From Podarcis pityusensis (taxonomy: Eukaryota): DNA of 64,000 bases. Below, in pieces: positions 13,213 through 24,226 of this stretch (the first letter of the stretch is position 1; every line of letters starts with the position of its first letter). Location: NCBI GenBank assembly GCA_964106645.2, contig OZ067040.1. One strand, 5' to 3'. The translations under genes were made by a program, and so were the position numbers. The notes below the pieces were generated by a model. That model was not told where the DNA came from. It saw only the letters and a list, made by a program, of their open reading frames with translations, and made no database searches.

Positions 13213-14037
13213 TGGGAGGAAGGTAATCAAGCCTATTGTACCTCAGTCTACCTGAGAAGCTCAATGTGTGAGCTGGTTTCTCCAAGCTCACATGTATCTA
13301 ATAAGCCTTTCTTGAGTTCTTATGCCAATAATTTAGGAACGTTCACCTCTGTAACTAAGTCAAGCTTTACTGCCTGTGCTTTCTGACTATTGTATGGCAA
13401 AGCACAGGAACCTGACCTTTAGAGAGTTTGTAAGAGTAAACCAATTTTAAACTTGCCAAACGTGTGGTGTTTTCTTCGCTCCACATGTGCTTGTGACATG
13501 CGGAGAGACGTTTTCACTGCCTTTCTGCTTCTCCTACTTTCTGCCAAAGCTGAAAGGTAAGGGAGAGAAATTACTACAGGATGGAACTTTATCAAAAGCT
13601 AATTTTCTAGTAGATTTAAATAATACCTTTTTTAGGAGTCTCCCTTAAATGGTTTGCCTAATTTCACTACACACAAAGAGGGCAGGTAATTTTTAGTGCA
13701 ACCGTGGATCCAACCGAGGGCTTGGCTCATACCTCATTGCTTCGTTCCACCATAATGAACTAACTACAATGTAGCTTCAGTAAGCATTAACGGAGTTTAA
13801 ATTTCTCACAAGAATTTTTTTCCTGATAATTTTCTATTTAAACTGTTGGATATATCTGCCTCGCCCCCCCACCAGAATAATATTTGGCAGAATTCATTCA
13901 TATCCACATTCTGCCACCAGCAAATTGGTTCGCCAATCTGGGGGGTCATTTTCACTCAGCTCTAGAAACTATTCCTTAATTCGCCTAAGTGCTTCATTAA
14001 CTGCAGAGAGCATAGTGAAAAGGAGACATCTTCTTTG

Positions 14038-14279
14038 CACCGACGGAGGAAGAGGAGTGTGGGGGGAGCACACTGCCCCTGGCAGCACAATACCAGCAGG
14101 GTGCCATCGTGGCTGCCCCCTGCCCACGCTGGGTGCCACACCCCCACTGGTGGCGCGCCACACCCCCAGGATATGCGCCACACCCCTGCGGGTGGTGCGC
14201 CCCGCCCCAAGACATGCGCCAGCCCCGCCCCCACCTGCTCTTCACCCCCCCGGTGCCAGAGCATGAAGCTCCACCACTG
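14038..14279. mobile_element. GC-rich non-autonomous hAT (Tip100-like) element
   Basis: Perfect 8-bp TSD cttctttg at 14030-14037 and 14280-14287; imperfect TIRs caccgacggag / ctccaccactg; homologous to 42046-42242. Confidence 0.85.
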
Positions 14280-16566
14280 CTTCTTTGTCCCAATTTTGCC
14301 TTTCTGATTGTCACAGAAGACTGAAGAGAGGGTTCTGTGCCCCTCTGCTAAGGGATTGAAAAGCAAAAGCATGGATTTCTATAACTCTGGTTTTGTTGTT
14401 AATGAGGACAAGACCGTCTATGCTTCTCACAAAATAGAGGCAAGATCTTCAAATGGGTGAATGCATGCCTGAGTATCTCACCAATGTTCATGAATTTTGT
14501 GTACAAAATACGAAACAAAATTGTTTGTTTCTGCTGTAATATAGTAATTTAAATTGCCAGGTGCATTCAGATATTTCTCAGGATTTTTTTTTCTTGTGGG
14601 GGGAAAAAAAAACCTTAGAAGTGCTACATCTCACCCTTAGCAATTCTGAGTTGTTGGGAAGTACAGTAATTGCAATTGGCAATTTAGCAAAGATAATTTG
14701 GATGATTTAATGAGTTCATTAAGTTGTTTCTTTGGCCCTGGTGAAAACTTAATGGAGGTAACTCACATTCCAGTTAGAGTTCCCTAAGGGAGGGGGAGAT
14801 AATTTAGAAAATTGAAAAAGAGTGATTGAGCTTTGCAAAGACAGCTGATGAACAACCTCTGCTGTAAATCATCATAAATGATGAAGATAAATGGAAACTA
14901 CTTTTAATTTTCTTCTGAGAGATAGAAAGTGTCATCAAATCCATTCAAAACACTGGTGAGTCTGTTGACTTCGGTGAGATAAGTGGTTTAGTCACAATGC
15001 TACAGACATTTTATTCAAAGCATATATACATATAACCTGAGTTGTCAGATAAGAATTCCAATGCTCATCATTCTTTATTTAAAAATAACAATGCCTCTCA
15101 ATATAGGAATTTAACAAGTAGTTGTGAAATTCAATTTTATACTTAGATTGCTAGTCCCCTTCCATAGTTATTCACAGTAGTCAACACAACACACCGGGTA
15201 AGCAGCACAGATGGGCCACTTAGCTCTGTGGAAGGTTGTGGGAAATTATGCACAACTTTGCTTTACAAGCAGAGATGGTAGAGAATTTTGGCATATTTGG
15301 AACTGGTACCAGAAATCATTTCAGTTTGCATGTTCATTCTCAACCTGGAAGGGAAATCAGGCAAGCAAATATGACTGGTATTCGCTGTCATTTTTTAAGT
15401 CTGCAAATATTTCCTGTTTTCCTCATGCTTCCTTCCATTGAAATGAATGGCGCAGCATCATTTAATGGTTACATAATTAATTACATAATTAATTACATTT
15501 TGTTTGGCATCAGCAGACAGCAAGGCAAGCAACATTTTTTTAAATGGAATTCCAAACTCTAGTGAACATGGAAACAGCACTGTGCATGACAAATACAAGG
15601 TAGACAGGAAAATCATGCTGTCTTATATCCTTATACTTGCAAGCAGCAATTATTTATTGGTGGACTGAGTTCAGTCAAAAGATGTGCAGGTAGGGATAAA
15701 TGCTTAGTTTTAAAGAATAGCCTTGAAGAGGTTAGTTTCTCACAAATGGGACCTCTGTGGTTATGGACTTCCATTTTGCACTGTGTGCAGTATTTTCTAC
15801 TATGCATGTGGTTGCATAGTACAACCCCAAACAATTTTTTATTATCGAAAAATAAACCATTTGCAACATAGCTGGAAACAAGATATGCAAGGGGACCAAA
15901 GGCGATTTATCTGCTATGCTCTAATCCACTCATGCGGAACGTCTGGCGCAGAAACCTAATCTGGTCAACAAGGCTTCAGAAGTTGGCCAGGCAGCCCATT
16001 TTAGCTGAACCATATCCACCTCTCCTGGGCCTGTTTGTCACATATGAATTTAGTTATAGCACAAACCCGATTCCTTTCTTTGAGGAGTCACCTGCTGTCA
16101 TCGTGATGCCCATGACTGACGGGTAGGTGTGGCCTCATCCAACTGTCAAAGTGACCCACAGTGGGTGGAGGAACTCTGAATCCAGTCCTCTTCCCCACCC
16201 CTGTCCTAAGACATGCCGAGTTCACACTGAAATGAGTTTTTTCCATTGCACTATTTATTAAAGCATTGTTTTTAAAAGAGAAAAAGATTTAGGCCGGGGC
16301 TGGGTATAAATACGTATTGAAATGTGAAATTTCGTGCAGATTTGTGCCTGTGTGTTTAATGGCAGATTGAAATAGAAATGTGCCGGGGAAACAGACTTAT
16401 GGGTGAACACATGTGAAAGTGACATTGACTGGAAATAGTGTGATTTACTTGTCTCCAGTAAGTGCATAAATATGTTCTCAATTCATTGTGCAGGAACCTT
16501 CTCTGTTATATAACTTTTTCCTGTACTTTCAGGAACAGCTGCTGAAACTAATATATTGTCACTGTG

Positions 16567-16568
<2 letters not shown>

Positions 16569-16611
<43 letters not shown>
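16569..16611. repeat. (TA)n microsatellite
   Basis: About 21 TA units. Confidence 0.95.
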
Positions 16612-16613
<2 letters not shown>

Positions 16614-16688
16614 ATCCCACTACATTGTGTCATAATAACAATGAGTCCTAATAACTGTCTTCAGGGGCAATTTCATCATGATGTGGAA

Positions 16689-17009
16689 CATGGGTAGGCA
16701 AACTAAGGCCCAGGGGCTGGATCCGGCCCAATAGCCTTCTCAATCTGTCCCATGAATAGTCTGGGAATTAGCGTGTTTTTACATGAGTGGAATGTGTCAT
16801 TTTATTTTAAATGCATCTCTGGGTTATTTGTGGGGCCTGCCTGATGTTTTTACATGAGTAGAATGTGTGCTTTTATTTAAAATTCATCTCTGAGTTATTT
16901 GTGGGGCATAGGAATTTGTTCATTTCCCCCCTCAAAATATAGTCCGGCCTCCCGCAAGGTCTGAGAGACTGTGGACCGGCCCCCTGCTGAAAAAGTTTGC
17001 TGACCCCTG
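16689..17009. mobile_element. Non-autonomous hAT (Charlie-like) element
   Basis: TIRs catgggtaggcaaact / agtttgctgacccctg; 8-bp TSD atgtggaa (16681-16688) / atgtagaa (17010-17017); homologous to 46827-47072. Confidence 0.88.
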
Positions 17010-17741
17010 ATGTAGAACATGGTAGCAATAGTCACTGAGAGACTATTGCAAACACTCCACCTCTCTTCTATCTGCTGCACAGCTCAAGCCACATTTATAG
17101 AGTTGTCTAAGTACCGTAGCTTTGTCCTAACATACCTTAGAGGGCTCCTTGTCATTGGCTCCAGATCAAAACCTCCACAGGTTTAGAATGAGGGAAATGT
17201 GCAATGATTAATGTTGCATTGCCCAATTAATCTGCGAAGCAACTGTCATTTTTGTAAAATCATATTTCATAGTAGCAAAGAGGCTGAGGGAAGGCCAATA
17301 ATCAATGGCAATTTTTTTCTTACTTTTCTTACAATTAAAGTTTTTCTTATATTTATGCAGAATAAACTGTAAAGTGCTGCAATACTGAGTAGGTCTGGTT
17401 GAAAGCAATCTTGACAAGATGGAGGCAATAGTGGATGGTTCATTAGTGCAGTGAGGCAAATCAATCAGCACACATAAAGAGCAATAAAAATTATTAATAA
17501 TAATAATAATCAGCACCCACCTCAGCAGCCCAAACCTGATTCTGGGTTATGTAAATTGTTGGGTTTGACAAGTATTACTGTGCAATGAGAAGTAACTTGC
17601 CATTCAGTTGCCAATGTGAAACATTTCTACAACAAAAGACCATCCCTTAGTTGGGACGATCTAGAGCAAAATCTTCAAAATACCTCTCGGAAAGTCATCA
17701 TTTTTATCCATTGCTATACCATAAAGAGGAGAGAATGAGAC

Positions 17742-17748
17742 AGAGAGA

Positions 17749-17783
<35 letters not shown>
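17742..17783. repeat. (GA)n microsatellite
   Basis: Imperfect GA tract. Confidence 0.9.
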
Positions 17784-17786
<3 letters not shown>

Positions 17787-18047
17787 AAACTAAATAGCTT
17801 GGAAAGCAGCAATTTAAATTCCATTCGTGCTCCAGATTGCAACCTGCTTTGTGTTCCTAGGTAGGGGTGTATCCTGGCCTTTGTTGCTATGGGAGGAAAG
17901 AGATGAGGAACAACATCATGTAATCAGTAATGCCAGGCAGTTTTGAATCATCAGATACAATTTGCTGCATGGTTTATCTGAATCAAATCAATGGTATTTT
18001 GAGACTGATGATAATTACTTCTGGTATGATTCCCTTGTACAGCAATG

Positions 18048-18120
18048 AGCAGCCCAATCCTGTCTTATCCATGAGCTCAGTAGGCCTTACTTCCAAGTAA
18101 GTGTAAATGATTGCAGCTGT
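18048..18120. repeat. Old short quasi-palindromic interspersed repeat
   Basis: gcagcccaatcctg...ccttacttccaagtaagtgtaaatgattgcagc; related copies near 33900, 49050/49260, 52470 and 60740. Confidence 0.45.
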
Positions 18121-18540
18121 AGTGTCCTAAGTAATCAGCTTATTTGATTTATACCTATACTCTTACAAACTTAAACAGCTTGTTTGATTAGTCATTTAAT
18201 ATAAAGTGATTTATCGCATAACTATAGCTACAGTGCTATGAATTCCTCTGCCAACAAAAATTATATTTTTACAAGTGAGTCCACTTACTAAGCAGATCTT
18301 TTTTCAGGCTGCAATATATTATGCAAATTAGGAAAGACATTGCACGTAAAAACAAATCACATAAGTCTAAACGTATAAGTCTATATCATACAGGGAATAT
18401 AGTGGATGCAATCCCACTAATATTTACTACTTATGTTACAAATTTTTGAGCAAAGTGGAACACTAAGTTTGAACGCTATTTCATTTTCAATAATATTTGT
18501 ACACTAACAGAGCAAACTAATATGTATATACTCAGAAGTA

Positions 18541-18955
18541 GGAACCTACAAATTTTATCAATTTAAGCTTCTCTCAGTTTCTCATGTGGAATCTACAAAT
18601 CTTATCAATTTAAGCTTCTCTCAGTTTCTCATGTCTCTATTCTTAAGTTCACCACATTTTGGCATCAATCTGTGGTTCTTTTTAAGTCCTCGTGAAATTT
18701 TGTCAGTATTTTTGTATGCGTTTCTCATAACATATGCAATTTCGCCTAATATGCATGATTTGCATGTGCTTTCCCCCAATAAAATACATTTTTGTATGTT
18801 ATTTTCGTTCATATAAGCATGTTTATGCACACTTTCTCCTAATTTAAACATTTTACGGTTGGATAAATTTAAAAGAAGTGTGAATTTTGATGGATTTCAG
18901 GGTTGATACATTGTTTCAGGGAGTGCAGATTCTGAACAAGATTTCTCCCTCACTG
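18541..18955. mobile_element. Unclassified AT-rich interspersed repeat with a 47-bp tandem duplication of its end
   Basis: Reverse-complement similarity to 37350-38130 and 33000-33075; 18541-18587 and 18588-18634 differ at only 2 positions. Confidence 0.6.
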
Positions 18956-20288
18956 AGTTCTATCTCTGGGTAATCATGTATAGAACGGCAACATTAGACA
19001 CCCCCCCCCCCAAAAAAAAAGTTTGCATTTGATCATGCGTATTCTGATTAGTGATTTCAAATAGATACATCTCCTAGCCCATTTCCCTGGCCAATCACCA
19101 TTTCCTGTTTGTAAAAGTTCAGTTGCATATTGTTCTTCTGAGCAGAGCTATATTTAATATTTCAGTTTGGTTTTAGTCTATTTAGTTAAAAAGAGTCTAG
19201 TTAGTTAAAAAATAGAGGACATGTTTTTGAAAAGCCGGGACTAACCAACATGTTTTTGTCAAGTACAAATTGTATCAAATGGCCCTTAGCTGTAGAAGCC
19301 AAAAAAGAAAAAGAAAATGAGATATAAGGTTGGATCCAGAATTTATTGAGTGTAAAATGTGGATGTTCCTGTGTATAACAAGACAAGAATCTAGTTCCAT
19401 CCTTCATTTCTGTGTGGACTGTCAGAGCTTTCTGAACCCTAAAATGCTTTCCAGTACCCATGGAAAACTGATCATCCAGGTTACATTGACAGTGTTTCTC
19501 AATGGTGCAGAAAGCTGTTCAATATGCATGCAAACCTCCTGCAAAAATCCTCCAGTGGAAGCCAGCCAATTGTGACAGGTTGTAGTGTACAAGATTTGAG
19601 GAATAATAATAATTTTTTTAAAGCCAGATCAATAGGTTATCCATCAAGAATGTGTCCAAGGAATGTTTCAGCTCATCCCAGAGAGATTTGTGTTTCTTTA
19701 AACAAAAAAACAAAAAAAAAACCATGTATAATAAAGGTCAAGCATTATTAATCCAGTTTACAAATTCTGATGAAGTTCTTCAGTTATTTAAAGCAAAAAT
19801 AGAATAGAAAAAAACAAGGGAAATCAAGTCTACAGAAATATAGATTAGAGAGGTTGTGCAAAACAACCCTCAACCCCCCACCACCAAATTTGTGTTAGTT
19901 TTATCAAAACTAGTTTAACTCCCTCAAAACCTTTCATATATTTTTAACAAGCATGAATTTCCTACTCAGATTTAATTTTGCTTAGGTGGTAGCTTAGGGG
20001 TCTGCAAAACACCCTGAGAATTATTGTTATTCTTATGAAAACTTTTGCCAAAGCAGAAGCTCCACAATTACTAAGAACTTCAGACAATATTCAGTAGCAA
20101 CTCTACTCAAGAAAACTGGGACAAAATGCAAAAATAGTTGAAATCTACTTTAATTGGATAATTTAATAACTATTTTTGTGGACTTCATGCAAGATACGAG
20201 TCTAAAAAGAAACAAAGTTTTGTACCTCAGTTGCAGGAAGAAAAACCAGTTCATGTTCTTAATGCTGTTCCAAGTCTGATGTTATATT

Positions 20289-20673
20289 TGTTGGGAATCA
20301 AGCCTTTATCAGGAGAAACTGGCCACTCTCCAGGCACCCGGTTTGATCTCCTGTTGACCTCCCTGTCTGCATTTCCCAGCAGGATCCAGGCAGAGGTCGC
20401 GATAGGCGATCCTTCTCAGAGTGAGGAGAACACACCCCCTCTTTCCTGCCCCCCCAGGCAGGGGAAAGAGATAGACAGAAACGTATTTACATTCCTGTAT
20501 TTCTGTCTTTGCAGCGTTACAAAAATCATGACTGCTCTCTTCAAGCTCCAGCAGTCGAGAAACAAACTCCTCCTGTACTTCCTGTACAGCTCATATTACA
20601 CTCTGAGCTAATTCCGGTGCCCTCTGCACTGTGAATTGACTGTCCCTCTGTTTCCCACGGAACAGTCCCAACA
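20289..20673 (-). mobile_element. Probable solo LTR
   Basis: 385-bp GC-richer block bounded by 8-bp inverted termini tgttggga...tcccaaca (TG..CA); CpGs retained; no clean TSD, and orientation is tentative. Confidence 0.6.
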
Positions 20674-22284
20674 TTCCCATTATGTTTTGCTTTCAAGCTA
20701 CCAGCTCGCGGCCGCATTGCTTCTATATCGTAACAATATTGTCATTCATTGTTGCATGAAAGAAGGCTAATACGTGAATTCTCCCAGCAAAAATCAAGAC
20801 TGCCAATTATTTGCATGGAAATCTTGTTGAGTGTTCAAATAAGTGTGTATGGGACTGCTGTCTTGAAAATGTGGAATGAATTGGCTACATATTTGGAGGA
20901 CGGAGTCCATAACTTGACTGATTACGTTGACTAAATTGTGAGCTAACAAGCAGCTGATCTCAGTACTGGCTTTGAAACTCCTTGAATATCCTATCCCACG
21001 AGCTTGGCCTCTTCTAGCACAAAATGTGCTTGAACTTCAAAATAACATGAAAAATCATCAACATTTGGATATTTTGTTAATACTTCAAAACAAGCTTCTA
21101 ATCAAATGCCCTCTGACTGGAAGTGGAAAGCATAATTGTACGCAGCCTTTGAAAACACATCTGGCTCTTTTGATTTCCATAGCTCTACGCTCAGTGAGAA
21201 CTCAAAACTGCCAAGAGTTGGCCTACTGTACGTAATCAAAGTCATTCTCACATTGTCATATGTTTTGCCTAGCATGTGGTCTCAACCACATTCTAATAGA
21301 ATGTGGTCTAACCTTTCAAAGCTTTTTCGAAAGATAATAGCTAATTATCTCCAAGAAAATTAAAGGTTAATTTCAGAACTTTTTGGCAGTTAAGGGGCGA
21401 GGAGGAAAGAAGAACCCTGTGGACTGCTGAATTTTTTATGCCTTCTGGTAGTAGTGGTCTTAAATTTCTAATAGTAGCAGCCCAGGGCTACTCTCCCCCC
21501 CTTCCTCTACAATACATATGCTGACCCCACCACCATATGAATTGAGATACTGCTTTATACACCTAATATCCATGACTCAACATGCATATTAAGCTAGTTG
21601 TGTGGTTAGTTTAACCCATTCCTGTCTGCTTTGATCCAAAAAGTGCTAAGTACCCCCTCTCTCTTTCCAAATGGTTGGCTTTATATTTGTGGTTGTGACT
21701 TTTCCCACATCCAGCCATTTCCGTAATAACCTCTCATCCAATCTTTGCTTACAAATGGCTTAAAGTAGTAACTGGGGCCTGAAGAAATGCACATGTATTT
21801 GAGGTAAACAAACAAACCAAAACTTTAACGATTACATAACTTTGTATGAAGCATAACTTGGGATGTGAAATTGCCTCAGGACTGTGACAAATTCAATACA
21901 GGACTTGGTAATAATTTGTAAATGAAAGGATGCACTATGTATAGAAAAATAGAAAATGAATTAGTTAGCTGTAGCCTTTCATCTTTCAAGTGGCACAAAA
22001 TTACTGATATTGTATATAGGAGTAGAGGCACCTGCTATTTAAATACGTATATATTATGAGAATTCCACATGAGTAATGTTCGAAGCTGTACACTGGATTA
22101 TTTATACAAGCAAAAGCTGGGCGATTCTCTAGACCAAAGTATTTGACACACTTTTAAAATGACTACAAACAAGTATAGAAATCTAATGATACCATATTCC
22201 TCTATAAGACCATTTTTCTTGTTCTACCAGTCCCCAACCTGACCTGAAGCCAGGCTGAATGAATTTATAAAAGGTGCAGTTTTC

Positions 22285-22572
22285 AAAGGCCTGGTTGAGT
22301 AAAAAGGTTTTTAACTGGCACCTAAAAAATAATGATGATGGCACCAGCCATGCCTTCCTGAAGAGAGGATTTCACAAATGGGAAGCCACATGAAAAGATC
22401 CTCTTCTGTGTTGCCATAGTCCACATCTCTCTTTGAGGAGATACATAGGGAAGGGCCTCACATGATGAAGACAGCATCCCGGTTGGTTCATGTGGGGCAA
22501 GGTGATCCTTGTAGTATTGGTGTCCTGAGTAAGGCTTTACACAAGCACTTTGAATTGAGACCAGAATTGGTC
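22285..22572 (-). mobile_element. Old L2 LINE fragment
   Basis: aaaggcctggttgagtaaaaaggtttttaactggcacctaaa...gggaagccac...caagcactttgaattg is typical of the reverse complement of an L2 ORF2 3' region. Confidence 0.6.
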
Positions 22573-22783
22573 CCGCAATTGTACCAAGGGAGGTGTTATA
22601 TAAGTTGTGAAGGCTGTAGTAACAGCTGTAGCATTCTTTGAACTAAAATGTTGTCTACTGAAGTATTTTGTGTAAAGAGGAAGGGTATTGCATTTTTAAA
22701 TTGAAACATACTATTTGATTCACTGTATGTTTGTAACATACTTCCCCCCAGACCTATAACCTGAGCACCCATCATATTGTGAT

Positions 22784-22850
22784 ATAGATGATATAGATAC
22801 AGATACAGATACAGATACAGATACAGATGATATAGATGTAGATGTAGATA
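22784..22850. repeat. Compound (AGATAC/AGATGT)n microsatellite
   Basis: Hexamer array directly abutting the TA TSD of a MITE. Confidence 0.9.
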
Positions 22851-22852
22851 TA

Positions 22853-23099
22853 CAGTGGTACCTCTAGTTGCGGACTTAATCCATTTCAGGGTGCCGTTCG
22901 CACCCTGAAAAGTCCGCAACTAGAGTGCTCTTCCGCACATGTGCATGGTGCGATTGAGCGCTTCTGCACATGCGCAAAGCGCACAGATCGCATCTGCGCA
23001 TGCGCGGGCAGCAAACCTGGAAGTAAATACTTCCGGGTTTGCAGCATTTGTAAGCTGAAAGACCATAAGAAGAGCGGAATGCAACATGAGGTATAACTG
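22853..23099. mobile_element. Tc1/mariner (Tigger/pogo-like) MITE
   Basis: TA|cagtggtacctctagttgcg ... gcaacatgaggtataactg|TA; internal tgcgcatgcgc palindromes. Confidence 0.8.
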
Positions 23100-24047
23100 T
23101 ATATGAGAGACTCACTTACACTGGCAAATGCTTCTCTTGAGGATATTCTCAGCTAGAGTGTGTAAATGGCTATCCTTTTAAAATGACAAGTGCTGTAGCA
23201 CACAGCAATTCTAGTCTTCATCAAAACAGAGTCATAGGTGAGGCCCTGTGTCTGGGAAGATAGAGATGAGGCGGGAAGGAGGAGGCTGGAGAAAGAAGCC
23301 AAGGAAATTTATTACTTTCTCTTCCTTTGTCTTCAAAGGACATGATGCAGTTCGTGTCCTCCTCTGCACTGGCAGGTCAAAAGAACTGAAAACTATCTAG
23401 GTTTTTTTCTTCTCTATTTTGTGTCTGTGCTGAGCCTTTCCCAGGGCTATGGATGAATTAGGGCATAATTAACTGCATGTATTAGTGACTTGGTGACCTC
23501 TCACACATTTTGCTAAGTTCATGATGAAGCAGTCCTCTATTTTAGGACAAAGAATTAATTCAAAGGCAGTGGTGTGATCTTAATTCTTGAAGAACATGGA
23601 GGAAATTGTTAAGCGCAACAAGATGTCTAGGTAGCAGGGAGACAGGCAGTAGACAATTACCAAATGCTGCTTAAAGCAAAAGAAGAATAGCAGCAATAGA
23701 GTGTCTTCGCCTAAAGATAAGAGAACTCGTAGACATTAGCTATAACAAAGAGTTATAAAGAGTTAAGAAATTATTTTGGTTAATATATGTAATCATTGAT
23801 GAGTAGCATTTATTTTGAAGCACAATGGTCTCAGCAATAACAGTATTTGATGCTTGACTCCTGAGTAATGTGGTCAGCAGAGGCACTTGAAACTAAGCTG
23901 ACCTAATCGTAATAAGATTAGGTTCATATGTATGTGTGCCCACATGCTCTCTCTCACACACACACAAAGTGATGGGTAGGGAGTGACTGGAAAACTACTA
24001 GTGCCAATAATATATAGTAAATGGTAGAAGTAAGAGCATTTAGCATG

Positions 24048-24226
24048 TCTGCTAACCCAGAAATAGTACCTCGGCTTAAGAACTTTGCTTCAGGATGAGA
24101 ACAGAAATCGCACGGCGGCGGCAGCAGGAGGCTCCATTAGTTAAAGTGATGCTTCAGGTTAAGAACAGTTTCAGGTTAAGAACGGACCTCCAGAACGAAT
24201 TAAGTTCTTAACCCGAGGTACCACTG
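24048..24226. mobile_element. Tigger-like MITE lacking its left TIR
   Basis: Same body as 33189 and 53576; ends cgaggtaccactg|TA. Confidence 0.85.

Noticed and set aside
13925-14372. Six overlapping ORFs of 70-136 aa
   Set aside because: They arise from the stop-poor GC-rich hAT MITE at 14038-14279; the same happens at 41995-42327.
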